Assembly: GCA_963812015.1 (NCBI GenBank)
Contig: CAWETI010000002.1
Coordinates: forward strand, 1,088,001 to 1,152,000
Reading direction: 5' to 3'
Source of the DNA: an uncultured delta proteobacterium
GTDB taxonomy: Bacteria > Desulfobacterota > Desulfobaccia > Desulfobaccales > 0-14-0-80-60-11
DNA length: 64,000 bases
Part shown: positions 39,879-50,301 of the stretch, one piece after another
Position numbering within the stretch: the first letter of the stretch is position 1
How the letters are laid out: the number at the start of each line of letters is the position of its first letter
The notes under the pieces: model-generated
Told to the model about the DNA's origin: nothing
The model's input: only the letters and a program-made list of their open reading frames with translations
Databases searched by the model: none
Made by a program: the position numbers and the translations under genes

Positions 39879-40811
39879 ATGGCCGATAAAAAATTTTTAG
39901 GCAAGATTCATGGGGAACCGTGGGACGCCCTGGCCAAGGGACCCCGGGAGGCGCTGGCCGCCATTTGGAAGGACTACCTGGCGGAGGTCCTACAAATCTC
40001 CGCCACGAGTGAGCGTTACAAGATCCTGCGCCGGGAGATCGAGGCGGCCGCGGGATTCAAAGAGGTCTATGAGAGCTGGAACACCCTCCCCCCCGAGTCC
40101 CGGGCCATCGCCTGGCGCCGTCTGATGACTGCCAGCCGCAACCAACTCCTGGCCCGGGCCGCAAGTTGCGTCCGCTGCGGCGAATGCTGCGAGAAGGGAA
40201 GCCCTACCCTGCTCAGTCTCGACCTGGGGCTGTTCAACCGTGAAGTCCTTACCTGGAACGACGTCTATACCCTCAGGGCCGGGGAGAAGGCCACCAACCG
40301 GGAAGGAGAGGTGACCGCCCTGAAGGAGGAGCGGCTGAAGGTCCGGGAGGTCCCGGGCAGCCGGCAGTGCTGGTTTTACCTGGCGGCTAATCAGACCTGT
40401 CGGATTTATGAGGATCGGCCGGAGCAGTGCCGCACCCAGAATTGCTGGGGGGAGGCCCCGCCCCCGCCGGGGCCCGAAGCCCTCTTGCAGCGCCGCCACC
40501 TGTTCGCCGGCATCCCCGAGGTGTGGGCGTTGATCCGGGAGCATCAAGACCGCTGTGACTGCGCCGCGGTGGCTCGCCTCCTGGCCGACCTGGGGGCCGG
40601 CGACGAAGCGGCCGGCGACTCCCTGTTCGAGGCCTTGCACTTCGATCACTATCTGAGGCAGATGTTCATCGACGACTGGGAGTTGACGCCGGAGGCCACC
40701 GAATTCCTCCTGGGCCGGCCCCTGGCCGAATTCCTGGCAACCTGTGGCGTGAACGCCACCCTCAGCCCCGAGGGGGTTTTTTTCCTGTCGCCTCGCCCGG
40801 AATCCGGGTAA
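39879..40811 (+). CDS. YkgJ-family (CxxCxxCC) cysteine-cluster protein
   Basis: CVRCGECC ... CWFY ... CRIYEDRPEQCR. Confidence 0.85.
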   Translation: MADKKFLGKIHGEPWDALAKGPREALAAIWKDYLAEVLQISATSERYKILRREIEAAAGFKEVYESWNTLPPESRAIAWRRLMTASRNQLLARAASCVRCGECCEKGSPTLLSLDLGLFNREVLTWNDVYTLRAGEKATNREGEVTALKEERLKVREVPGSRQCWFYLAANQTCRIYEDRPEQCRTQNCWGEAPPPPGPEALLQRRHLFAGIPEVWALIREHQDRCDCAAVARLLADLGAGDEAAGDSLFEALHFDHYLRQMFIDDWELTPEATEFLLGRPLAEFLATCGVNATLSPEGVFFLSPRPESG

Positions 40812-40907
40812 ATTGCCGCGGAAAGGCTGAGGGTTGCGGCCCGGCTGCCCCTGTCCTCAGCTTACTTTGCTTTGCACGGTCAACCCTTCTGACCAGGGAG
40901 CTTCCCC

Positions 40908-41480
40908 ATGATAGAGGACCTGATCAAGAGCAACCGCAGTTGCCGGCGTTTCATCCAGAAAGAAGAGATTTCGGTGGACACCGTGAGGGGGCTGGTGAAC
41001 CTGGCCCGCCTATCGGCCTCAGCCGCCAATCTCCAGCCCCTCAAGTATATCCTCTCCAACGCCCCCCCCAAGAACGAGATGATCTTCTCGTGCCTGGCCT
41101 GGGCCGCCTATCTGCAGGATTGGCCCGGCCCTCGGGAGGGAGAGCGGCCGTCGGCCTATATCATCGTCGTGGGCGACATGGATATCGCCAAGTCTTTTGC
41201 CATCGACCTGGGGATCGCGGCTCAGAGCATCCTCCTGGGGGCCCGGGAGCGCGGCCTGGCCGGGTGCATGCTCGGCTCCATCAACAAAGACCTGATGCGG
41301 GAGATGCTGCATATCCCGAACCGGCTGGAAATCCTCCTGGTCATTGCCCTGGGGAAACCAAAGGAGACCGTGGTCCTTGAGGAAGTTAAGCCCGGGGGCG
41401 GCATCAAGTACTGGCGGGATGAGCACGGCGTCCATCACGTGCCCAAACGGGCGCTGGATGACCTTATCCTGAGCGAGTAG
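40908..41480 (+). CDS. Nitroreductase family protein
   Basis: NRSCRRF, SASAANLQP, DLGIAAQSILL, ALGKP, VPKR. Confidence 0.92.
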   Translation: MIEDLIKSNRSCRRFIQKEEISVDTVRGLVNLARLSASAANLQPLKYILSNAPPKNEMIFSCLAWAAYLQDWPGPREGERPSAYIIVVGDMDIAKSFAIDLGIAAQSILLGARERGLAGCMLGSINKDLMREMLHIPNRLEILLVIALGKPKETVVLEEVKPGGGIKYWRDEHGVHHVPKRALDDLILSE

Positions 41481-41786
41481 GCTGGCGAGGATATAAACCG
41501 GGTTTGATCTTTTCCATCCTTTAACCGGTCACGGCTTCGACTGATACACTGCCGCAGAAGCTATGCGGTTCTTCATCCTGGAACCTTCCTGCCGCAACCC
41601 TTTCCCGGCAATTTTCTCCCATGGCAATTTCTCTCGGCCGCCCTGGCCAGCGTCTGAGGTTTTGACGGGATAAATATTAGGATTATCCTCAGCACTATTT
41701 AGGTTTTTCCTAATTGCCCGTTTTGGCCGGCGGTTTTAAACTCCATACACTGGTGTAAGGAAAGTCGCCCCGAAGGAGGAAAGCAC

Positions 41787-42089
41787 ATGGTCGCCTATGC
41801 CGGCAGTTTTCTCTTGGGAGGAGTCTCAGCATTACTGCTTATGGGCCTGCTGCTGTTCTGCATGGAACATCCCGTGAAAAAACCTAAAGATAACCAGTTT
41901 CTGAAGCAGATCGCCGACGCCTTAGAGGCCTTGCCGGAATTGCAGGAGCCACAAGAAATTTTACCGTCGGCGGGTGTTGAAACTTCAGGCGCTCTAAAGT
42001 TTTTGCCTGAGAACAGCCCTGCTAAGGATCATGGTGCGGCGGCCCGCAGGTTGGACATGGGATATAACCCTGTTCCCGAGCTTCTTTAA
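41787..42089 (+). CDS. Hypothetical membrane-anchored protein
   Basis: AAGGAGG RBS and N-terminal TM; 3' end overlaps the convergent gene. Confidence 0.5.
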   Translation: MVAYAGSFLLGGVSALLLMGLLLFCMEHPVKKPKDNQFLKQIADALEALPELQEPQEILPSAGVETSGALKFLPENSPAKDHGAAARRLDMGYNPVPELL

Positions 42090-42813
42090 CGGAGGAGAAG
42101 GTGCGGAGCTTTTTGGGGTTGATTTCGGCCGCCCATTTGCAGTTAGGATAATGGTATTTGTTGGAGGTGATGGAACCCACGTATTTTACGGGAGGAATCA
42201 CCTTGGCGGGCTTGGCATCACTGACCGGCTTCATGGACTCGGCTGGTTTGGGCTCAGTAACTTTGACAACGGGCTCGGTAGGCTTGGGCTCATCTACCTT
42301 GGCAGCCTTCTCCTGAGCTGGGGGTTGTTTGAGAGGTTCGCCCCCTTGAGAAGCTTGCAGCCCGGCGCCCTTGCTCCAGAGGTTGGCTTGAAACATTAAG
42401 ACCGTAAAGACGGCAAGCACCAGAACCATGAACGTCATGAACAGAGAACCAAGAAGGGTAATTTTGCGGTTTTGCCTCTCCAGCCTTTCCACCCTCTCCA
42501 AGATTTCTGCATCACGATTGATCTTTTCCACCCTTTGAAAAATACTTTCGGCTTCCGATGCGGTGATGGCGGCTCGGCGCGGCAAGGGATTTTTCGACTG
42601 AGCCCAAGAGCGGGAAGCTTCCTCGTTATCGGCATCTTCCAAGGACCCTGGGATCGGGTTGCCCGGGTTCTCTGCATCGGCTGAATCCGGAGCCGTCGGC
42701 GCCTGCCGGTCGAGAGAAGCTTTATCGGCCAGGAGACTATTGATGGCCTCCAATTTACTATCAACCTGGGTCAATTTTGCCATCAAATCTTTTGACTGCT
42801 GATTCTCGGACAT
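42022..42813 (-). CDS. Membrane protein with C-terminal Ada-type metal-binding domain
   Basis: Coiled coil, TM, Pro-rich linker, 'YVGSITSNKYHYPNC...GYIPCPTC'. Confidence 0.8.
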   Translation of the reverse strand: MSENQQSKDLMAKLTQVDSKLEAINSLLADKASLDRQAPTAPDSADAENPGNPIPGSLEDADNEEASRSWAQSKNPLPRRAAITASEAESIFQRVEKINRDAEILERVERLERQNRKITLLGSLFMTFMVLVLAVFTVLMFQANLWSKGAGLQASQGGEPLKQPPAQEKAAKVDEPKPTEPVVKVTEPKPAESMKPVSDAKPAKVIPPVKYVGSITSNKYHYPNCKWAAEINPKKLRTFSSVKEAREQGYIPCPTCGPPHHDP

Positions 42814-43387
42814 TTTTCCATCCCGCTCGCTCGAAGGCTTATATAACCTGCTTTAAGGATTATTATCGTCCTTCCGATTTTCCTATAAAATAATCTTAAA
42901 AACTCTACATAAAAATCAGCAGTATTCCTGATTTTTGCCTTCGAAAATGCTGAATTATGCATTCGAGCCTTTGGATTGGCCTTCTCCCTGGAAGGCAGCC
43001 CCCCTAACCCCTCATATCTATCTAGAGTAAAAGCTCGGGGCCTTCGGCCTGTGGTCCGTTGGCGCAAGAGGCCTACACCAAACGGCCGCGGGACCCTGTT
43101 CCAGGGCCCTATCGGGTCCGTTGCGCCCTCGCCAAAAGTCGTCAGGGCCTCATCCTGATGCGGCGAGGTAAAGCAGGAAGGCAGGATTCCCAGGCGCGCC
43201 ATCTCCGGAACCTGGGCGCCCCTGTCCTCATCAAAGATGGATGGGGACTTTTAATTAAGGAAGGTAATCTTTGAACGCGCCCAGAGAGCGGACTGACATC
43301 GCCCCGGTTATCTTGATAACGCCTATGAAGGCCTGAAAAGCCGGCTTCCCCTGCATTATTCCGATAACTACAAGATTTCTGGGCAGC

Positions 43388-44035
43388 TTATGGCGAGGTT
43401 ATTCCAGCGCGGATGGCATATTTGGTAAGCTCCGCAATACTCTTAATGTTCAATTTTAGCATGATCTGATGGCGATGGCTTTCCACGGTTTTGATACTAA
43501 CGTGAAGGCAGTCGGCTATTTGGTTGGTGCTTTTGCCTTCTACGACAAGTTGCAGGACCTCCCGTTCTCGCGCCGTGAGCTGCTCGCCAGTCGAGTCTTC
43601 GGCCAACGTCGGGCCCATGATATAGTCTTTTACCACGATGTCAGCAATATCCTCGCTCAGATAGGTCTTGTTGGCCGCCACCACCCGGATGGCCTTGATT
43701 AAGTGCGTAAAGGCGCAATCCTTGAGCAGGTAACCCTTGGCGCCGGCCTTAAACATATTCAAGACAAACCTTTTGTCGCTATGCATGGAAAGAGCGATAA
43801 CCTTGACCCCGGGTAACTCAGCGACAATCTGGCGAGTGGCCTCGATACCGTTTAAGTCGGGCATCGCCACGTCCATGAGAATGACATCAGGAACCAACTC
43901 CCGGGCCAATCGCAATGTTGTCCGCCCTTCCTGGGCTTCCCCCACTACGGTTACCCAGGGTTCTTTTTCCAGCAAGGCCCGGAGACCCTCCCTGACAATC
44001 TGATGATCGTCGGCAATGAGGACCTTGATACTCAT
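43388..44035 (-). CDS. NarL/LuxR-family response regulator
   Basis: IADDH, ILMD, YLLK, LTAREREVL, SIKTVESHR. Confidence 0.95.
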   Translation of the reverse strand: MSIKVLIADDHQIVREGLRALLEKEPWVTVVGEAQEGRTTLRLARELVPDVILMDVAMPDLNGIEATRQIVAELPGVKVIALSMHSDKRFVLNMFKAGAKGYLLKDCAFTHLIKAIRVVAANKTYLSEDIADIVVKDYIMGPTLAEDSTGEQLTAREREVLQLVVEGKSTNQIADCLHVSIKTVESHRHQIMLKLNIKSIAELTKYAIRAGITSP

Positions 44036-44294
44036 GGTATGGACTCCGGTGGGCCTTATGTACCTGTGATCAACATTATTCCCCGGTCAGTTCGGCAAGA
44101 TTGCCGCTTTCCCCCCGAATGAAATTTTTGCTAGATTTATTCTTAAAGTTATCTTTAACATTGTCAAGCATAATTTCAAATATATTTAATATAATATATT
44201 TTTATTGAATGATTTGATCATTATAGAGGAAACCTAAAGGTACGGAGCTCTTCCGGTGCTGGCCGGCTGTTGACAAACTACCGCTTTGGTAAAA

Positions 44295-44368
44295 TTGTCA
44301 TTCTCAACGAAGCGTAAAATCTATTCCCTTTAAGAAATTTTCAATCCTGCACTTCGTACGGAATAATA
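44295..44368. repeat. Degenerate short intergenic palindromic repeat (TGTCATTCT...CGAAG / CTTCG type)
   Basis: TGTCATTCTCAACGAAGCGTAAAATCT ... ATCCTGCACTTCGTACGGAATAATA; a decayed copy. Confidence 0.35.
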
Positions 44369-44616
44369 AGAAAAGCTTTCAACCATCCCGAGAGTTGCGT
44401 CGGTGAGATGGGGTAACCGCTCCCCGGGGTCTTGCCGTTGACGCGCCATGGGGCGGCATAATTATTGGGAGGTACAACTCAACGATTAGAGGTGAGGAAA
44501 AGACGTCCACGGTTTGGGAGAGGGATTGTAAGTGGCCACCCTTACGCAAAACACGCAAAACGAAAAAACCCCTGCCCCCTCTCCCAAGATCCTTTTCAAG
44601 AGATCTTAACCCGGCA

Positions 44617-45741
44617 TCACTTCTTGACGGTGGCATCCGGCCCAAAGAACTTGAGATACTTGCCGTAGCCTTCTTTTTCCAGATCCTCTTTGGGGATGAA
44701 CCGCAGCGCCGCCGAGTTCATGCAGTATCTGAGCCCCGTAGGCGCCGGCCCGTCGGGAAAGACGTGCCCGAGGTGGGAATTGCCGTGCCTGCTTCGCACT
44801 TCGGTGCGCACCGAAAACAGGTGGTGATCCTCCTTCTCCACGATGTTCCCCGGTTCCAGGGGCTTGGTGAAGCTCGGCCACCCGGTTCCGGAATCATACT
44901 TGTCCGTGGAAATAAACAGCGGCTCGCCTGAGACGATATCCGCGTAGATGCCGGGTTTTTTATTGTCCCAGTATTCGTTCTGGAACGCCGGTTCCGTGCC
45001 CTCCTTCTGGGTCACCTCAAATTGCAACGGCGTCAGCTTTTTGCGGAGTTCCTCTTCGCCGGGCTTGGTGTATTTCGGGTCGCCGGGAGGGTCGGCGGCG
45101 GCCTGCTCTTCCCCCCAGACTTTCTTGATAAATTGATCCCGGCCGGAATTCCAGCGGTAGTATTTGTACTTCACCGCGTGGGTCTTGTAATAGTCCTGGT
45201 GGTAATCCTCCGCCCGGTAGAACTTGGTGAACGGCACAATTTCCGTCACAATCGGTTTGGGGAAGCGGCCGGATTTTTCCAAGGCCCGCTTGGAGGCCTC
45301 CGCCAAACGCTGCTGCTCCGCATCGTGGTAAAAGATCACGGTGCGGTATTGGGGGCCCCGGTCCACGAATTGCCCCCCGGGATCGGTGGGGTTCACGTGC
45401 CGCCAGAAATAGTCCAGCAGTTCCTGGTACGAAATTTTGTCCGGATCATAGAATACCTGCACCGCCTCCACGTGCCCCTTGCTGCCGTAATCCCCATAGG
45501 TGGGATTGTCCCCCTGGCCGCCGGTATACCCGGACACCGCCTCGACTACTCCCGGGAGTTTTTCAAAATCCGATTCGACGCACCAGAAACATCCACCGGC
45601 AAAGGTAGCGGTTTTAAGGTTTTTTGGCAGTTCGGGCATGGCGGCGCCTTGTCCTCGCTTCTCCTTGGGTTTGTGGTCGGCCAAGCCGGCGGCCACCAGG
45701 CCGGCGGCTAAGAGCAATATGAGCATCAACACGGTTTTCAT
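44617..45741 (-). CDS. msrAB: Exported bifunctional methionine sulfoxide reductase MsrA/MsrB
   Basis: [16 protein letters not shown] (MsrA); [20 protein letters not shown] (MsrB); signal peptide. Confidence 0.95.
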   Translation of the reverse strand: MKTVLMLILLLAAGLVAAGLADHKPKEKRGQGAAMPELPKNLKTATFAGGCFWCVESDFEKLPGVVEAVSGYTGGQGDNPTYGDYGSKGHVEAVQVFYDPDKISYQELLDYFWRHVNPTDPGGQFVDRGPQYRTVIFYHDAEQQRLAEASKRALEKSGRFPKPIVTEIVPFTKFYRAEDYHQDYYKTHAVKYKYYRWNSGRDQFIKKVWGEEQAAADPPGDPKYTKPGEEELRKKLTPLQFEVTQKEGTEPAFQNEYWDNKKPGIYADIVSGEPLFISTDKYDSGTGWPSFTKPLEPGNIVEKEDHHLFSVRTEVRSRHGNSHLGHVFPDGPAPTGLRYCMNSAALRFIPKEDLEKEGYGKYLKFFGPDATVKK

Positions 45742-45936
45742 AGTCTTTTGGCCTCTGGTCATGGACGCAGTGCCCAGTGTATATACAATATTATGTTAAA
45801 GCTCATTCTGCTAAAATCAAGGGGCGGTTCTGGCCGGACTTGCGCCCATGGTAAAACGAACTCTGACCCGTCTCCCATACCTCAAGGGCAAGGCGGTGGC
45901 GCTACCCCAGCGGAGTTGTGGAGAAAGACGACGGGT

Positions 45937-46422
45937 CTAATTATGGAATTTCTTGGACGGCAAGGAAGAGGTGTCAAAGTGCTGCGCCTGGTTATAAGCC
46001 CGGATGACCTCGCGCTCATAGGCTGTGGTGCAGGTAGCGTTATATTTGTGCAGAACCTTTCTTATATCGCCGTCATATCGCTGCATCAGGCTATTCAGGA
46101 CAGCCGCTCCTGCCATGATGTTTTCCCGGGGATTATGGGGGTCAACCCCATATTTTTTGGCGGTGTCCTTATGCAATTGCATCAGGCCTATACAGCTCCC
46201 TCTCCCCGAACTCGCTTCCGGGTTATATCTCGATTCGATGGCGCATACTGCCTGGATGAGGTAAGGTGAGAGGTGGTATCGTTGTGCGGCTTCCTTGATG
46301 TACTCCCAGTATTCCTGCTTCAGTTCAAGTCGACCTATTTGGGGAGGGGTGGTGGGCCAGGATTGGGCCCAGGCTGGGACGGTTAAAATGGTGAAAAGTA
46401 AAGCTATAGTGAAAGTTTTCAC
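45937..46422 (-). CDS. Lytic transglycosylase, SLT domain
   Basis: AVCAIESRYNP, GLMQL, ENIMAG, YNA; signal peptide. Confidence 0.88.
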   Translation of the reverse strand: MKTFTIALLFTILTVPAWAQSWPTTPPQIGRLELKQEYWEYIKEAAQRYHLSPYLIQAVCAIESRYNPEASSGRGSCIGLMQLHKDTAKKYGVDPHNPRENIMAGAAVLNSLMQRYDGDIRKVLHKYNATCTTAYEREVIRAYNQAQHFDTSSLPSKKFHN

Positions 46423-46546
46423 GTTTTGCCTCCTGGAAATTTGGGTTTATTTGATGTGGTCCGGAACAGTCTAATGTAAGAGGGCTGCAGCGATGAGGAG
46501 AAGTGTTCTAGAAGTGTAGGTTTGCCCGCTTAACAACAGATAATGC

Positions 46547-46563
46547 AGCATATATTATGCCAG
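46547..46563 (-). promoter_or_regulatory. Putative sigma-54 promoter for the SLT gene
   Basis: Minus strand CTGGCATAATATATGCT (GG-N10-GC). Confidence 0.5.
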
Positions 46564-46815
46564 AAAGTTGTATGCTAACATAAAAATTGATGCGGATCAA
46601 GAAAAATTACCGGATGGTTGTTATGCATGCAAAAATAATGATACTGGCAGGATAAATTAATCTACAATTTCAGTAAGATATGATGAAGTCGGGGTGGAGC
46701 GAAAAAAGCCGGATTTTTCCTGAAACGGGCAGAGGTGGGAGGCTATGAGGCTTTTCGTAGGGAACCTGTCGTGAAAAATTCGGTTCGCCGGCTTACCGGT
46801 CATTAGGGCGTCGGT

Positions 46816-47421
46816 TTATGGCTCCCCCAGGCAGGCCAGCATCCGGTCCCAGAGCTGGTCTTTACCCTCCCGGGTGAGTCCCGAAAACCAGATGGGGTCG
46901 CCAGGGTTGACCCCGAGTGGCGCCAGGGTCTCGGCAAAGAGTTTCAGCTGGCGGTTGCGCTCCCCCCGCTTCAGTTTGTCGGCCTTGGTCAGGACCGGGA
47001 TCACCCGGCGCCCCTGCTCCGTCAAGAATTCCCAAAGGAACAACTCCTCGGAGGCCGGAACCCTTCGGCCATCCTGGAGGAAGACCACCGCGGCCAAAGA
47101 CTCCCGCTGGGCCAGGTACTCCAACACCAGGGGTCCCCAAGCCGCCTTGATGTCCCTCGGTACCGCGGCATAGCCGAAGCCCGGCAGGTCTACGAAATAC
47201 CAGCGCTGGTTGATGAGAAAAAAATTGAGGGCCCGGGTGCAGCCGGGTTTTGAGCTGGTGCGCACCAGCTTTTTCCGTCCCAGCAGGGTGTTGATCAGGG
47301 TGGATTTCCCCACGTTGGAGCGCCCCAGGAAGGCCACTTCGGGCAACTCCCCCGGAGGACATTGGTCCGCCCGGTGGACGCTGAGGGTGTACTCGGCAGT
47401 GATGATCTGGGGAATAGTCAT
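46816..47421 (-). CDS. yihA: Ribosome biogenesis GTPase YihA/EngB
   Basis: GRSNVGKS, SSKPGCT, DLPGFGY, TKAD. Confidence 0.95.
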   Translation of the reverse strand: MTIPQIITAEYTLSVHRADQCPPGELPEVAFLGRSNVGKSTLINTLLGRKKLVRTSSKPGCTRALNFFLINQRWYFVDLPGFGYAAVPRDIKAAWGPLVLEYLAQRESLAAVVFLQDGRRVPASEELFLWEFLTEQGRRVIPVLTKADKLKRGERNRQLKLFAETLAPLGVNPGDPIWFSGLTREGKDQLWDRMLACLGEP

Positions 47422-47624
47422 AGTTATGCAGGGGAAGCCGGTAGTTGCTTCAAAGTAGTATAGCCCGGCCTTCCCCAAAATACCAGGGAACAGAAGACTA
47501 TCCCGCCCCGCCCCCACCCCGGGCGCAGTGGTTGCCACCCCAAGTCCCTCTGCCATATTTGCCATAATGGTTGACGGGCCTGGTTTTTCCAGGTTAAGGT
47601 TACGGTGATAAATCCGGATGGAGG

Positions 47625-48362
47625 ATGATTTTCGTGGCCTGGGGTTTGTGGTTTCATTTCTGGCTGGTGGTGCTCACCCTATGGGCCGGCACCCTGGTCA
47701 TTTTCTGGTCCTATATCGGCAAAGATAACCCCATGATCCATCGCTCCTGTCGGTGGTGGGGCCGGACTCTCCTCAAGATCGCCCACATCCCGGTCCAGGT
47801 GGAGGGCCTGGAGCACCTGAAGCCGGGACAGGCCTATGTCTTTGCCGCCAACCACCGCTCCAACTTCGACATCTTTGTGCTGATCTCGGTCCTGCCGGGC
47901 CGATTTGTTTGGGTCGCCAAAAAATCCCTCTTTCAAATACCGGTTTTGGGCCAGGCTCTCTCCCGCATGGGCTCCATCTCGGTTGACCGGGAAAACCTCC
48001 GTTCCGCCGTCCAGAGCCTCGACCGGGCCACTGCCATCGTCAAAGGCGGCCTCTCCATGATCATCTTTCCCGAAGGCACCCGGTCATTGTCCCGGGAGCT
48101 TTTGCCCTTCAAGAAAGGGGTGTTCGTCATGGCCCTGAAGGCGGGGCAGCCCATCGTGCCGGTGAGCATCAGCGGCACCCGCTTCATCCAACCCCGGGAA
48201 ACCATCCAGGTGAAACCGGGGCCCATTAAGGTGGTTATTTCTCCACCCATCTCGCCTACCACCTTCCGTCGCAAAGAGGAACTCATGGTCGCGGTGCGCC
48301 AGGCCATCGACGCCCACTACGACCCCGATTTTCCTTATGGCCCTGGAAACTCCGAACTCTAG
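47625..48362 (+). CDS. plsC: 1-acyl-sn-glycerol-3-phosphate acyltransferase
   Basis: NHRSNFD, FPEGTRS, FKKG, IVPV. Confidence 0.92.
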   Translation: MIFVAWGLWFHFWLVVLTLWAGTLVIFWSYIGKDNPMIHRSCRWWGRTLLKIAHIPVQVEGLEHLKPGQAYVFAANHRSNFDIFVLISVLPGRFVWVAKKSLFQIPVLGQALSRMGSISVDRENLRSAVQSLDRATAIVKGGLSMIIFPEGTRSLSRELLPFKKGVFVMALKAGQPIVPVSISGTRFIQPRETIQVKPGPIKVVISPPISPTTFRRKEELMVAVRQAIDAHYDPDFPYGPGNSEL

Positions 48363-50013
48363 TTGGGTCGACCTGACCTTCCTGGGCGGCCTGGGGGAAA
48401 TCGGCCTCAACCTGATGACCCTGGAGACCGACGACTACCTGGTGGTGGTGGACGCCGGCCTCATGTTCCCCGAGGACCACATGCTGGGGATCGACATCGT
48501 CATCCCCGATTTTTCCTACCTGCGGGACCGCCGGGACAAAGTGGCGGCCGTGGTCCTCACCCACGGCCACGAGGACCACATCGGCGCGGTGCCCTTTCTG
48601 CTCCGGGACATCCCCGTGCCGGTGTATGGTACCCCCCTGACCCTGGCCCTCTTGAAAGAAAAGCTGCGGGAACACGGGCTGCTGGATGAGGCGGACCTTC
48701 GGGAGATCACCCCCGGCGCCCCCCTGGCCCTGGGGCCCTTCGAATTCGAATTCATCCGGGTGTGCCATTCCATCGTGGACGGGGTGGGGTTCGTGGTGCG
48801 CACCCCCCAGGGCCTCCTGGTCCATTCCGGTGATTTCAAGATCGACCAGACCCCGGTCGCCGGCGCCGCCATGGACTTGAACCGCTTCGCCCACTACGGC
48901 GAAGTGGGGGTCCTGGCATTGATGTCCGACTCCACCAATGCCGAGCGGCCCGGCTACACCCTGAGCGAGCGGGAGATCGGCATCACCCTGGAGGGCCTCA
49001 TCCGGGAGGCGGAAGGCCGGGTCATCATTGCGGTCTTTGCCTCCCACATCCACCGGCTGCAACAGATCGTCACCATCGCCACCAAGTTCGGGCGCCAGGT
49101 CCTGTTCAACGGCAAGTCCATGGTGACCAACACCCGGCTAGCCAAGGAGCTGGGCTACCTGGACGTTCCCTCCGGCCTGGAGATCACCGTGGGGGACCTG
49201 GAGCGCTTACCTCCCGCCCGGACCATCATCGTCACCACCGGCAGCCAGGGAGAGCCCTTGAGCGCCCTGGCCCGCATCGCCATGGAGGCCCATAAGCAGA
49301 TCCACATCCAACCCGGGGACCTGGTGATCCTCTCCTCCAAGTTCATCCCCGGCAATGAGCGGGCCATCACCACGGTGATCAACAATCTCTATCGCCTGGG
49401 GGCCGAGGTGGTGTACCAGGAGGTGGCGGACATCCACGCCTCGGGCCACGCCTCCCAGGAGGAATTGAAGCTGCTGCTCAACCTCACCCGGCCCCGTTAC
49501 TTCATCCCCATCCACGGGGAGATGCGCCATCTCATCAAGCACACCCGGCTGGCCCGGGCCGTGGGGGTTACCGCCGACGGCATCCTCCTGGCCACCGACG
49601 GCGACCAGGTCCGCTTCGCAGCCGGGGGCGCCGCCCTTCAAGAACGGGTGGACATCGGCCGGGTCTTCGTGGACGGCAAAGGGGTGGGGGACGTCAGCCG
49701 CATCGTGCTCCGGGACCGCCGCCACCTGGCCGCGGACGGCCTGGTGATCGCCTACGCCGCGGTGGACCCCACCACCGGCAAGATCGTCACCGAACCGGAC
49801 CTCATCACCCGGGGCTTTACCCTGGAAGAAGAGCAGGCCCCCCTTTTGGAGCAGGCCCGCAATATCTTTCAGGAAATTGTCCTCCGGGCCCTGTCCGAGC
49901 CCACCCAGGACTGGCTGGAGGTCCAGACCCAGGTATCCAAAGCCCTGCGGAAGCTCTTCTTCAAGCGCCTGGAACGCCGCCCCATGATCCTGCCGCTGAT
50001 CCTGACCCTGTAG
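48337..50013 (+). CDS. rnj: Ribonuclease J
   Basis: GGLGEIG, THGHEDHIG, SDSTNA, TGSQGEP, HASGH, PIHGE. Confidence 0.96.
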   Translation: MALETPNSSWVDLTFLGGLGEIGLNLMTLETDDYLVVVDAGLMFPEDHMLGIDIVIPDFSYLRDRRDKVAAVVLTHGHEDHIGAVPFLLRDIPVPVYGTPLTLALLKEKLREHGLLDEADLREITPGAPLALGPFEFEFIRVCHSIVDGVGFVVRTPQGLLVHSGDFKIDQTPVAGAAMDLNRFAHYGEVGVLALMSDSTNAERPGYTLSEREIGITLEGLIREAEGRVIIAVFASHIHRLQQIVTIATKFGRQVLFNGKSMVTNTRLAKELGYLDVPSGLEITVGDLERLPPARTIIVTTGSQGEPLSALARIAMEAHKQIHIQPGDLVILSSKFIPGNERAITTVINNLYRLGAEVVYQEVADIHASGHASQEELKLLLNLTRPRYFIPIHGEMRHLIKHTRLARAVGVTADGILLATDGDQVRFAAGGAALQERVDIGRVFVDGKGVGDVSRIVLRDRRHLAADGLVIAYAAVDPTTGKIVTEPDLITRGFTLEEEQAPLLEQARNIFQEIVLRALSEPTQDWLEVQTQVSKALRKLFFKRLERRPMILPLILTL

Positions 50014-50301
50014 GGCAAAACTTCTCCCCTGGCACGGCTTGCTTAAATTTTTACCCATTTTGAATTTTTTAAGTTTTCTCTTACCTTAACTAATAACCGC
50101 AGAGAGGAATTCACCTTCAAGCGTTGCGAACCCATCGATGGATTTCTCTCTATGGTACAATGGTTCAATACTTGAAGGCAATTATGCTTAAATAATTGTG
50201 TCAATGCCGCCGAACTCGTGCTATTTAGAGGTTATTGAGGTTAAGCGTAAAATGCCGCGGTCGCGGCTAGCGGGATGTTAACCTTATTGGGGGGAATAGG
50301 T

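Noticed and set aside
42990..43230. GC-rich hairpin cluster as an ncRNA
   Set aside because: Short stems only; no recognisable RNA family motif.
50030..50045. Sigma-54 promoter TGGCACGGCTTGC before the cus operon
   Set aside because: GG-to-GC spacing is 8 nt, not the required 10.
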